Source: Parasitella parasitica NRRL 2501
Lineage: Eukaryota; Fungi; Mucoromycota
Length of the DNA stretch: 64,000 nt
Direction of reading: 5' to 3'
NCBI GenBank assembly: GCA_025201805.1
Contig: MU619268.1
Coordinates: 3,472-67,471 of the forward strand
Shown here: in pieces, positions 1 to 12,679 of the stretch
How the letters are laid out: each line of letters begins with the position of its first letter
How positions within the stretch are numbered: position 1 is the first letter of the stretch
The notes under the pieces: generated by a model
The model's input: the letters and a program-made list of their open reading frames with translations, nothing else
Told to the model about the DNA's origin: nothing
Database searches by the model: none
Program-made: the position numbers and the translations under genes

Positions 1-1771
1 ATAGCATTAACCTATATGTTCACATCCACGAATTTAAACAGTACATTGCAAAATTATCTGGAAATCCTAAGTGAATACAACTTCACAATTTCCCATGTGA
101 AAGGAATAGATAACGTGCTTAGTGATGCATTGTCTCGACTATATCCACCAATTGAGGAAGATCAAATTCTGGAAGAAGAAAAACAAAAACAAATCAAAAG
201 ACTTCAACGTTTTATACTCATGAAAAGAGCAAACAGTGATGCTAAGATCGTTAGAGAAACAAAAATATACTCTCAAGATGAAAACCTCAATGTTCTAGCT
301 ATAAAACTGCGACAAAGAATTTAAATCGTCTGTCACTGATTATGTATGTCCACCAGAAAGGGATAGATCTCAGATCATAAAAGATGCTCACGAAATTGGA
401 CATTTTGGTATTGAAATTTGTGTTAAGCATATTCACACATATTACGGTTTACATTGGAACTCCATCTACAAAGATGTCAAAGAGTCTCTATTGTCTTGTC
501 GTGGGTGTGCTTTGCACAACACTGCAAAAAAAGGTTTCAACCCTGCTCGTAGCGTTGTCAGTTTTGAAAGTATGGACTTCGTTGCAATTGACTTGATCGG
601 ACCACTCCCTGTAACTGATAAAGGCAACATATTTATCTTGGTCATGGTTGATCTCTGCACTCGTTATGTTATTACCCGTGCCATTCCAAACAAATCAAGC
701 GCTACCGTAGCTCAGGCTATTATTGGTATTCTTGGCGATTATGGAGTAGCATTGAACATCATACAATCCGACAATGGACGTGAATGGGCAAATACACTGT
801 TTTCTTTACTCACAAAAACATTAAATGTGCAACATCGTTTCTCAACCCCTTACTATAGTCAATCTAATGGTAGTGTTGAAAATGCAAACCGAACTGTCAT
901 GCAAACCCTTCGTAAAATGTGTGGAAATGATAACCGAAATTGGGATGACAGGCTTCCAATTTGTCAATTAGCAATTAATATGAAGATAAAGAATCGCACT
1001 GCTAGTACTCCATTCAGTCTAATGTTTGCACGCCAAGTCAGTACAAAAAGATCCACTGAAACATTGAATTTAAATGGCCAAAAAGCGTTATCAATCGCTG
1101 AACTCCAGAAACGTGCTGAATATATGAATTCCATCGTATTTCCTGCTATCCAAAACCGAACCCAACGCTTAGTTGAAGAATATAACAAAAAGATCGATGC
1201 TCAACATCAAATAATTGATATACCATTTGATACAACTGTCATGGTACGATTGAAAGATGGTCGCGAAAACAAGTTTGCTCCATTGTATGCAGGTCCATAT
1301 GTAGTTGCGAGGAAAACCAAAGCTGAGAATTACGTATTGCGTGATGAGCGCAATGAACTGCTGCATCGAGAATATACACCATCCGAACTAAAAATCGTCT
1401 CTCTAGATGAAACTGCTATTGAGGAAGAAACGTTTGAAGTTGAGGACATTCGTGATCATCGCAAAAATAAAGATGGGGTTGTTGAATACCTTGTTAAATG
1501 GGCTGGTTACGGTGAACGCGAAAATAGCTACATTACACCAGACTTATTTTCATCACCTCTTCCTATTAAAAAGTATTGGGAGAAAGTCAAGCGTAACGAA
1601 GCTTTTGACAGAGCTCGAAAACAAAAATTAGTAGAACTAAACAACACTTCAACAATTCAGAAAATACAAACGAAAACAAAGTCTCGCTCCGTACCTCCAA
1701 CAAAACGTAAACATGGTAACACGACGCCACAAATTCCACGAGCATCAAATCGCCGTAAACTCAAACGTTAA
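1..1771 (+). mobile_element. 3' part of pol of a Ty3/gypsy chromovirus LTR retrotransposon (RNase H end, HHCC zinc finger, DDE integrase, chromodomain); frameshifted near 305-324
   Basis: The RNase H tail motif 'LSEYNFTISHVKGIDNVLSDALSR' is in frame 1. Frame 2 from 305 reads 'DAHEIGHFG...SCRGC' (HHCC), then 'VAIDLIGPLP', 'QSDNGRE', 'PYYSQSNGSVENANR', the GPY/F motif 'LYAGPY', the chromodomain 'FEVEDIRDHR...EYLVKWAGY' and a basic tail. Confidence 0.95.
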
Positions 1772-1939
1772 ACAAATAACTAAATAAAACACCACAGATA
1801 TACATTGTGTTCATTACATATCACATATATATACCAGATTCCATACTTGGACTGATTCGTTCATTTATCTATCTATCTTCATATTTACTATTCTTTTCAA
1901 TTATTATTCTAGTCAACACATCTGCCAATGTGTTTGGTC

Positions 1940-2547
1940 GGGGAGCATGATGTGAATTACTGGCAGTCTTTCACACATCATATTGAATTAGTAAAGCAGA
2001 TCTTAGTTCTTGACTAAGATCCTGAGAATAAAGCATTAATAATAAGAATTATACCATTAATATTATACATTTAAAGACGATTGTACAACTTGTACTCCAC
2101 ATTAATCAAACACTGCTTACTGCTTTCCCATGAAGCTTAATTTAATCAAGATCAAGTTATTACATTAGTAACTTGAATTCACTATATTTTACTTTACTAT
2201 AAATAAGATGAAGTTCAAGGAGCTAACCAGAACTTCACTTACATTTGAACTTTAATAAACCAAGAAGAGTTAAAATTGTATTTTTCTAAGCTTTTTTTAA
2301 TTTTTATAGCAGTAGCAAAAGCAATAGCAAGGGCACTACGGGCAAAGCTATTTCCACTCGTAAAGCGACCCTAAATAAGTAGTGTTAGTACATTTTTTCC
2401 ATAGCTATTAGTTGCATTTAGTTAATAAAGGTACACTTTAATACCCAAAAAAAAATGTATATATAAAAAATTTACGGACTTGTTTATAGGCAAGATCTTT
2501 ATGAATATACCTTTAGGTAACTGAAATGTTTATTAAAGTTTATATCA
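1940..2547 (+). mobile_element. Polypurine tract (1940-1947) and probable 3' LTR (about 1948-2547) of the gypsy element
   Basis: GGGGAGCA is followed directly by TGATGTGAA. Internal TATAAATA (~2198) and AATAAA (~2253) are present. The candidate end TTTATATCA (2539-2547) is an imperfect inverse of the start. The 3' boundary is inferred. Confidence 0.6.
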
Positions 2548-5381
2548 CGAAATTGACATTAAAGTTGTGCAATTCCGCGGGTAAGCCAATGTACAAATCC
2601 TGTTCTATGACATATAGACAGGAGATCATGACAATATACTTCAATTGAAGATTGAAGATTGTCCAATGATGTGATACGCTTGTGTAAATTGGAGAATAAA
2701 GTCTCTGTTTCAAATCAAGAAGGTTATTCTTGTAAGTAACACAGATCTGAGCACTAGGATAAAGGTTAAGGCACTGTTAGATCAAAGATGTGTAGCCCTT
2801 GCTGTATAACCTCATATCGTACCCTGTCAAGTAGATTGTGACTGTGAATTAGTCTTGTCAATTAGTAATCTAAATAAGTCACCATTAGTTTATGTAGTCG
2901 TAGAAAGTATAAATAGCAGATGCAATTTCCATCTTAAATAAAGTATCTTTAAGTTTTTGTATCTCGTTAACATTTGGTTTTTATTATCTTTTTTAACCCA
3001 ACACCTAGTGTAATGAATGTGTATATAATTCATCGTGATTTATCAGAATCAGAAATTATTCAAATAAAATGGTTGTAAATTAATCAGATAAAGATCTCGT
3101 TTATTACAAGGAAAAATGATGGTTTATATAGTAGTGAATCTAAGTGGACTGATGGGAGGATAAGATACAAGTGTGAGACATGGTGTGATTTTGAGAATGG
3201 AACGATAGATTGTATCTATGGTCCATGAGCATGTCATGTTGAGTTATAAATAAGGAATATGATCTATTGGGATATGTTCCTGAATTGTGTTCAGGATTGA
3301 GTTCACTTGAGTTTGACTTCCGGTGGGAAATTGACACACCAGAAAGTATATAAACCCTCTACTTTTGAATGTAATAAACGGATCTTTAGCTGATCAATTT
3401 CTATTGAACTTTTCTTATAAATCAATGACCTGATTGTATTTTATAGATTGATTCAGATAGATTTATTCTAATATAACTAGAAAGCTTCTTATCAATCCAT
3501 AAATCAATAGTTTTGTATCTGGTAAATTAAGTCTTTATTACTTTCTTATATTTTTATATCACATACAACCACCTGCTGTGCTCATTTTCAAAACCTGGCG
3601 CAACACAGAGCGATCCTGGCTTCCTTTTTCAATCATTAATAAAGATTTTCCGTTCTCCGTGATATAATCGCTTGTAGTCTCTTTATTTTATTGCCTTTGA
3701 AAATAACCGCTATTTGTAATGATTCACATTACATGATGTCTCATTTTGCATGAAACATTCAATTATTATAAATAGGTTCAACCTTTACCAGATATTGGAA
3801 CGCTAGTGAAAATATCTGTAATAGCTTTTATAGTTTATTACNNNNNNNNNNGTAGCAAAAGCAATAGCAAGGGCACTACGGGCAAAGCTATTTCCACTCG
3901 TAAAGCGACCCTAAATAAGTAGTGTTAGTACATTTTTTCCATAGCTATTAGTTGCATTTAGTTAATAAAGGTACACTTTAATACCCAAAAAAAAATGTAT
4001 ATATAAAAAATTTACGGACTTGTTTATAGGCAAGATCTTTATGAATATACCTTTAGGTAACTGAAATGTTTATTAAAGTTTATATCACGAAATTGACATT
4101 AAAGTTGTGCAATTCCGCGGGTAAGCCAATGTACAAATCCTGTTCTATGACATATAGACAGGAGATCATGACAATATACTTCAATTGAAGATTGAAGATT
4201 GTCCAATGATGTGATACGCTTGTGTAAATTGGAGAATAAAGTCTCTGTTTCAAATCAAGAAGGTTATTCTTGTAAGTAACACAGATCTGAGCACTAGGAT
4301 AAAGGTTAAGGCACTGTTAGATCAAAGATGTGTAGCCCTTGCTGTATAACCTCATATCGTACCCTGTCAAGTAGATTGTGACTGTGAATTAGTCTTGTCA
4401 ATTAGTAATCTAAATAAGTCACCATTAGTTTATGTAGTCGTAGAAAGTATAAATAGCAGATGCAATTTCCATCTTAAATAAAGTATCTTTAAGTTTTTGT
4501 ATCTCGTTAACATTTGGTTTTTATTATCTTTTTTAACCCAACACCTAGTGTAATGAATGTGTATATAATTCATCGTGATTTATCAGAATCAGAAATTATT
4601 CAAATAAAATGGTTGTAAATTAATCAGATAAAGATCTCGTTTATTACAAGGAAAAATGATGGTTTATATAGTAGTGAATCTAAGTGGACTGATGGGAGGA
4701 TAAGATACAAGTGTGAGACATGGTGTGATTTTGAGAATGGAACGATAGATTGTATCTATGGTCCATGAGCATGTCATGTTGAGTTATAAATAAGGAATAT
4801 GATCTATTGGGATATGTTCCTGAATTGTGTTCAGGATTGAGTTCACTTGAGTTTGACTTCCGGTGGGAAATTGACACACCAGAAAGTATATAAACCCTCT
4901 ACTTTTGAATGTAATAAACGGATCTTTAGCTGATCAATTTCTATTGAACTTTTCTTATAAATCAATGACCTGATTGTATTTTATAGATTGATTCAGATAG
5001 ATTTATTCTAATATAACTAGAAAGCTTCTTATCAATCCATAAATCAATAGTTTTGTATCTGGTAAATTAAGTCTTTATTACTTTCTTATATTTTTATATC
5101 ACATACAACCACCTGCTGTGCTCATTTTCAAAACCTGGCGCAACACAGAGCGATCCTGGCTTCCTTTTTCAATCATTAATAAAGATTTTCCGTTCTCCGT
5201 GATATAATCGCTTGTAGTCTCTTTATTTTATTGCCTTTGAAAATAACCGCTATTTGTAATGATTCACATTACATGATGTCTCATTTTGCATGAAACATTC
5301 AATTATTATAAATAGGTTCAACCTTTACCAGATATTGGAACGCTAGTGAAAATATCTGTAATAGCTTTTATAGTTTATTAC
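2312..5381. repeat. Exact 1530-bp tandem duplication (2312-3841 = 3852-5381) separated by a 10-N gap; contains LTR-like fragments
   Basis: The sequence repeats at an offset of 1540 with no differences seen, and gives identical 65-aa ORFs at 3140 and 4680. The junction is the N gap. Confidence 0.95.
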
Positions 5382-5809
5382 CATAAACATCTCTCATATA
5401 CTAGCAAAATCTACTTATCTATAAATCATCCTTATCACTGCAAACCTGATCTGTCACTACCAATCGTTGTTTACATATAAGTTTATAGTTCATATAAACA
5501 TCGCCGCATTGCTGTCAATTACTTCTTGTCCAATAATATCTACATATATTATATAGTAAGTAATAACCCTGATAGCAATGTCAACAATTAGATACACCAA
5601 CAGTCCATTAACATAGTACATCATTCTACCCTTACTACTAGATAATTGTACTCCATCACACTATTCATATAGAAATAACTCTCAGTTTCTTTAGATATTA
5701 GTACCTGCTGTTGTATCAACAGATGTACCACTAATTAGTTTATTACATTACATTTCTTTGTGAAGCATAGATGACATTAAATAGCCATTTGCTCGAATTC
5801 TGACGAGAT

Positions 5810-8800
5810 TTAATTTGACTTGCTGCTATTAGCGTTATATCTGGATGCAAAATAGGCAACCTCTGGTTCACTATCGCTACAGTAGTAATAATTTTCATCC
5901 TCTAGTTGAGAATGTTCGAGTGCCGCTAAAAATATAATAAAATGAATTTACACATTAAAATCGCAGCAGATGATAATTTATACCATCTAATTGCTTCTCC
6001 ATCATAATAAACTCTTTTGGCGTGTTTTCCTTGTAAAGTATACTATTTCTTCCAGATCTTTCACTATTACCGTCAATACATTTATCTGGAGAGACGTCGA
6101 CTGGCATATGTTTTATCAAAGGATTGGCAATACCTTGATGTCTCCGCTCAGCAAACACGTCCTTATCCTTATAAATTTTGATAGTATCTTCAATCATACA
6201 TTGTTTTTCGCACCTTTCAGTCCAGAAAATATAATCGAAGTTCTGAAAAAGTATAATAAAGATGCTAGAAGGAATTCCCAGTGTAGCGGAAAACACAATA
6301 CTAATGTTTTTGAGCGTCATTCTGTTCGTGTTGGCATTTTCAATCACACAGATCAAATGAGCACACAGAGAACGCAAAAGGGTATAATTTACAAGAGGAA
6401 GAGTGGAAACAAGCCTGCCAACATGAGATATTTTGGTTTGTTTTTCATCAAGATCTACACATCCGTTGCAAAAGTAAGTAGGTGCATTCAAACAAACTTC
6501 AAAGCTGTGCACATTACGAATACTATTTAGAAAATCACCAAGTAAAGCTTCTGTAAGGATGTTTTCAGGCATTTCTCGAAGCCACATTTTCAAAAGACCA
6601 ACAATAGCATGCACGTCATGATGCTCCTCATCTTCCAACAGCAAAACATCACCAACTATATACACAACGAGTTAGTAAAAGCAATTCGGTTGTGCTATTA
6701 GGAGAAATTACGCTCATTAAAACGTTTCTTCAAGGTCTTGATTTTAGTTGAACTTCCACTTAATCTATAAATACCTTCTTCAATAAGTCCACCTCTGGCC
6801 TCCAAAAACTCGATACATCTGTAGACAATAGCTGGAAGATTATGCTGTGCACAAGCACGGGATGCAGCTACTACATTTTTAAGTGGTATACCAAATACTT
6901 GATTTGGGCCGCATGTTTCTTCATAATCACTTGTACCATAGTTAAGGATATGGGGAGATGTTGGATTATCAGAATGAGAGCCAAATATTTTCTTCGTCCA
7001 AAAGGCTTTAGGGTAGTTTCTGTGCTTGGACTTTGTAGCCTGTTCCTCTAAATGTTCGTCCATGGCCTTGGCGGAGCGAGTAGTCAAAATGGGAGTATCA
7101 ATTGACGAAGAGTCAGCAGAAAAAGTGGGTGATGAGGTCTTTGAGGCAGATGATCTACGACGATTCGAATTTGCTTGCTGAAAGTAATTTAGAACATAGT
7201 CGGGGCTAGGGCTTTTTTTTAGTCTTGATGGCTTATTGCTTTCTGTAAAAGAAGATGGCTCAACAACGAGAGGGTCGCTATTCATGAATTCATCATTGTC
7301 AAACGAAGGGTTTATGATCTTGTCTGTAGTATTCAATTGATTCGTGTAAAAACGAAGAGAATTTATCCATTCATCCCGTTCAGCGCCAGAATCAGCGCAA
7401 AAGACATGATTGCAATGGGACCCGCTCTTAGATTTTGGTTCAATAATAAAAAATGCGTAACGGAAATTACTCTCCTGTTCAGATTCGTATTGATATTGAG
7501 ATGCGATTTGTGAATTGGCAAGTTTGATTTTTCGAAGAAGAACCCCATTTTTCTATGAAATAGTATGTCATTATGTATGTTGAACTTTCATCCATAAACA
7601 TATAAATACTCACAGTCTCATAGTACTTTAAAATGCCACTATGATCTAGAACAAAATATCTTGATTTCCAGCCACCAAAATTCTTCCCTTTCTTTGCTAA
7701 ATAGCCTTCCTTGGTTCCAATATTCTATCATGAATGAGTAAAATAAAATTTGCATAAAACTCATCTTCTTACACTGGTAAGAGTAATAGACGCTTCTTGG
7801 ATTCTATCAGAACTCAAAAACTCGCATAAAATGCCGTTGTCTATAAACCTCAAAGCAATGGCATGTTGCAGGTAATCTTGCGCCATCATCTACTCTCTGG
7901 TCAGATAAAATTGGACAAAAACCCCTTCAAATACCTTTCGCTCATCCACTTTTACCAGTGCATTAGTTGCAAACAATGATTTGTCAGGCAACTTTTTTAG
8001 AGCTAGAGCCACACCTGGAGGACTTGCTGACTTTAACTACGCACGATATGACAATGTTCAATAAAGCACTTTCCATTCAACCATTGCATGATACCATACA
8101 TTCAAATCTAAGCTTATCATGTCTGACAGTGATTTCTCTATTTTCCATATCTCCCTATCCTTATCCTCTTGAAATACTGCAAACCTAAATCGTTTTTCAT
8201 TCGTTTTACGACTTGCTATGGTTTTGACATTTATGTTTGACAGATTCCTCAAAATAGTAGTAGGCGTCGTTGGTGTAGCCGCATGTTCCAATTGAGAGTT
8301 ATACAGTGAATCATATCGAGGTGTGCGAGGATAGGCAGGAGTAGATGGCTCAGATTTACTTTTGTACAATACCGATATATTCAAGTTATCGTGATTGCTT
8401 GATTGCGAGTGATTTCTTTTATGTTGTGCTTTATTTGCCTTATTTGATGTGGTTGTTGCTGCCTGACTCATATCTTTCCTCTGAAAGTGAGTATGATTTG
8501 ACATTGCCAGTTCCAACACTGGAGGTCTTTTAGATAAGCGTGAAGTTACATCCAATGGATGAATTGTGATTTGATGATGATTTGCACGAAATGGTGATTT
8601 CGGTGGTACTGTAGGTGTAGTTGTGGCTGTGGTAATCAATGCTGCTGACGCAATTCCAGTTGAAAAAGGTTGCTGAAGTAGACGATCAAGCTTAGACAAG
8701 GAGGGTACCGTATCGTTTCCAATTGATAACTCTAATTTTCTATTTCTCTTGGTCAGGATATCATTTTCTTTAGTCACTTGGTCTAATGATTTTTGCAATG

Positions 8801-8909
8801 TTTCTATAATGAGTCTTTGCTTCTCAATGATCTTCCAATATTGGTCGTTTTTCTGTTTGTAATCATCAATCACTGTCGTTTCCGTTAATGGACAAATTGT
8901 GCTATTCAT
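5810..8909 (-). CDS. Multi-exon Rho GTPase-activating protein with N-terminal coiled coil, PX-like, PH and RhoGAP domains (BEM3-like)
   Basis: RhoGAP motifs 'VFGIPL...LPAIVYRCIEFLE..GLIEEGIYRLSGS', 'DVHAIVGLLKMWLREMPENIL' and 'NRMTLKNISIVFSATL'. The PH C-terminus reads 'HVFCADSGAERDEW'. The last exon splices to a TAA at 5810-5812. Confidence 0.88.
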
Positions 8910-9414
8910 TAGTATGCGATGCTTATTAAAATTTGCAAAAGAAAGAGGAAAGGGGATGTTGACAAAAAATAGTCTTCCATGTTATGTCTTATTTTAGCTC
9001 TCCGAAGTTCATGTAGGACATCCATGCGCTCAAGACTCCCATCATAGACAATTACGCCTTTGTAATGACAGTTGTAGACTTCATGATAGTCATGCGTTTT
9101 CAAATATCGTGTTCAGGGGTAATTTTCAAATTTTCTTGGTAGTGTGCTCTATCTCATACAAGTTTTCGTATGTTTGGATCGTGTAGTTGTGTAACATTTT
9201 GCACGTTGTTAAATATAAAGGGCTGTATTACGAATTATCTGCACCGTTTGTGTAATGCAATTGAAACCTGCTCGCAAAGAGATCAACCATGTCCAATATA
9301 TGCTAAAAATTAAAAGTTTATTTACTAAAAGTATTGAACAGGAAATTAAAGAGTAGTTATAATAAAAAAATACATGATGAAATGCCTAGCAGTATATGAT
9401 GATGATATAAGGTG

Positions 9415-9645
9415 CTAGATACAAATATAAGCAGCAGAAAGAGCAGAGATCAAAGTGATAGCCACAATTTTATAATTGACTCTCGTAGAAGCGCTTTTGG
9501 CCTCATTAGGGTTTGTAGCCGTGATACTAGTAGTAGCAGCGGTACCGCCCATACCATTGTTTGGAACAGTACTATTGTTAGGGAGAGCCATAGCGGTGGA
9601 GGTTAAGATAGCCATGGTTATGATAAGAGTGGTAGAAAGCTTCAT
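9415..9645 (-). CDS. Small (76 aa) secreted Ser/Thr-rich protein, probably GPI-anchored
   Basis: Signal peptide 'MKLSTTLIITMAILTSTAMA', N-glycosylation sequons (NNS/NST), a T/A/S-rich core and the hydrophobic C-terminus 'IVAITLISALSAAYICI'. Confidence 0.65.
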   Translation of the reverse strand: MKLSTTLIITMAILTSTAMALPNNSTVPNNGMGGTAATTSITATNPNEAKSASTRVNYKIVAITLISALSAAYICI

Positions 9646-10691
9646 TCTGTATTCTATTTTTGCCTTTATGATGATTCCTTTGAATAATCGGGGGACCTTT
9701 TCATATGAAATCGAGACTGGCCGTCTCCATAAGCAGTTATATATATTACCAGTTTTCATATGATCGTTCTTTCATATGTTGTCGTACATTTCATCGCGGT
9801 ATTTATTAAATGTATGCATAAATGTTATAACTAACATCCTTTTTAGTCAAAGTATGTAGAGATTATCCTTTTTTGTGGCATTTTGCCTTTGTTTTATAAA
9901 ATGAGTAGTGGTATACTCATGATGGCAGCTTTCATGCTTGCGGACGAGTGTGAAACCAAGGAGCATACTCCAAATATATCTGTTGAGTATTTTTTCATCT
10001 GAGCAACCCTTCTCTTCGAATACTATGATATCATTAAATACAATTTATATATATACGTTATGACCAATATTTTATTGATTGCCTAACAGAAAAAAGTACA
10101 TGCAAATTTGTATTAGAAGGAAACCTGGTGTTAACATGATATGGCATGTTATTTTCTATTTTGAGTCGTACTGCTATCGAGTACAAAATGTTACACTTGA
10201 TCTTGTTTCTATGGCGGCCATTCCGTATCATATGTAAATGAAGATTTCATACAAAAAAAAAAATATGTAAATGAAGAATTATGTTACAAATAGGCTCAAA
10301 GAGATATGTAAGGCGTTCATACTATACAAAAATGGCTTTGATAATCAAAGCGACATACTGTATTTAGCTTCATAAAAATACAATTTTATTTATATGAAGA
10401 ATAGTATGTCTTGACTAGTTATTTTAATGTCTAGCAAGCTCAAGATTACTCGAATTTTGATATTATGCTACGCTTTTCGCACAGCTAGGCTCACTTGATA
10501 CTCGCGATACACGAATTTCTCCCCCCTCCCCCCTCCCCCTCCCCCCAAAGCACGATGATATTTGAAGCTTCAACAGATTCCGCAACTTCGATCCTCGTTA
10601 CAGTGCATCGAAAATAGCTTTTTTAAACAATTGTATTTTTTTTTGTTTATTGTTGATGGTATATAGTAAAGACAGATTATTTAATTTAAAT

Positions 10692-10975
10692 TTAACGAGC
10701 TTCGAATTGAACCACTATAATTTTGAGATTAGAATAGAACCTTTTGGAAATTTAACAACATACTTCTCTTTGTTCTCTTCTTGTACATGATTCTGTGGCC
10801 ACAATCTTGGCAACGAATAGGCTCTCTGGGCTTCAGCTGATTTTCAGCACCACAATCTAATGAATGCAGAATAAGTATCAAGTTAAATATGCCTTTATGC
10901 ACCGAGATATTCACCTGCGCAAAGATAGGTCATAGCAATGGGCTGACGAATGGGTGCTCCTTGATATCCTTCCAT
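10692..10975 (-). CDS. RPB12: RNA polymerases I/II/III shared subunit RPABC4 (3 exons)
   Basis: Spliced product [51 protein letters not shown](M)VQFEAR has the zinc ribbon and invariant C-terminus. Confidence 0.96.
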
Positions 10976-11130
10976 TGTAATGTTGTAAACTACAAAAACA
11001 GTTGACTAAAAATGAAAATTTTTGGTTGTTCTTATTACTCATCTTGATGGCAAAACAGTCCCAGGATTCTTTGTTCCAAACGCCCCCCCCCCATCTGTCA
11101 AATATTTTTTTCTTATCCATATCAACCACG

Positions 11131-12513
11131 ATGGCACTTTCTAGAGCATTCGAAGCTCAAGTGGAAGGCTTCATCTTGAAGCTAAAGACAAGGTATACAT
11201 GTCCTTTTCAATAATGTTTTGAATCGACATTCACAATTTCCATTAGACAGATCATTGGTTCATATAAAGTAGCCAAAGAAACCGCTGTGATCCTCAGACA
11301 AGCAGTATCGTCTACTCGTTGGTACAACGTCAATTTATTAATTGAATTCGTTACCGATTTGGGCAGTCGTCTTGTTGCTGCTCAGCCTAAAGGTACATGT
11401 ATACTGCAGTAAAAACCAGCAATGTTTAATCTTTTTGGCTGTAGAATTGGCCGTAGGCAACATCGTACGCCGTGTATTGAAAATCATTCGTGAGGTTGCT
11501 CATGGCGAACTGGATCATTTGAGCAATGAAGATGTGATAGAAGATAATGACAAGGATGATCTGAATGAGGACTGCAATCAAGAGGATAGCGATTTCTCGA
11601 ATGAAGAGGAAGCTTGTCAAACAAAAACCAACATTGACATTCAACTGAATGAGCGTCAGCTTTTAGCCCAGTCCTCTATGTTTAATCTCTTATCGGATGG
11701 ATCCAGCGCAAAACACCGTCATCACGAGAGACACAGCAACGACGAATCGACCTCTGCTGCTCCAACAAAGAAGAACACGTACAACCTCAAGCCTTTGATT
11801 ATTCAAGAAATTAATGACGAAGTTATTGCAGATTTAGAGAGTGTTTACAAAGGCATTGCAGACCAAGCAACTGATTTCATTCATGCTAACGAGGTCATCA
11901 TGACTATTGGAAAATCTCGCACTGTCGAAGAATTCTTGATCAGAGCAGCACATAAACGCAAATTCCAAGTACTTGTGGCAGAGACCTCACCAACGTATCA
12001 AGGGCACGAAATGGCTTGCACTCTATCGGCTGCTGGCATTGATACAACTGTGATTTCTGACTCTTCAATCTTTGCTGCCATGCCCAGGGTGAATAAAGTT
12101 GTTCTCGGATCGCACGCTGTCTTAGCTAACGGTGGTTTGGTTGCTGTAACTGGATCTCATCTTATAGCTGCAGCAGCAAAGCATCATTCAACACCTGTGT
12201 TGGTTTGCGCAGCCCTTTACAAGCTGTCGCCACTTTTTGCATATGATTCGGATACATTCAATGTTACTGTGAGTCCTCATAACGTTCTCCATTACCAAGA
12301 AGGATTAATCACAGACAAGATCACGGTATCGAACCCTTACTATGATTATGTGGAGCCAGGACTAGTTAGTCTGTTTATCCACAACTTGTAAGATTGAATA
12401 TCAACGCTATAAATACAATTTGCTAACGAGGTTTATTTAGAGGATCAGCACCACCTACATATGTGTATCGACTCATCAATGACAATTATGATCAGGAAGA
12501 TACTAAATTGTAA
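11131..12513 (+). CDS. GCD7: Translation initiation factor eIF2B beta subunit
   Basis: Motifs 'AAQPKELAVGNIVRRVL', 'IHANEVIMTIGKSRTVEEFL', 'MPRVNKVVLG..AVLANGG', 'NPYYDYVEP', 'PPTYVYRL'; GT-AG introns. Confidence 0.95.
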
Positions 12514-12679
12514 ATAAAATTGTACATACTATCAAATGCATAATTCTGACCATGTAGCGTCATAATTCGAAGCTATTCACACACCCAAAAAGGGACACAC
12601 TTTCATGCTGCTTTAAAAACGGCCGCCATTTTCTCATTTGTTTTACTTTTCCTTTTACTTTTCTTTTTCTTATAAACAA

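Noticed and set aside
3140-3337. 65-aa ORF (and its copy at 4680-4877) as a gene
   Set aside because: It lies in an LTR-like repeat, has no recognisable motif, and is duplicated only because of the probable assembly artefact.
2312-5381. 1.53-kb tandem duplication as a real biological duplication
   Set aside because: The copies look identical and meet exactly at a 10-N scaffold gap, the typical sign of unmerged overlapping contig ends. Read depth or long reads would settle it.
9917-10005. Box C/D snoRNA (ATGATGG...CTGA) with nearby short inverted repeats
   Set aside because: Imperfect C box, no convincing terminal stem, and no rRNA antisense element that I could recognise.
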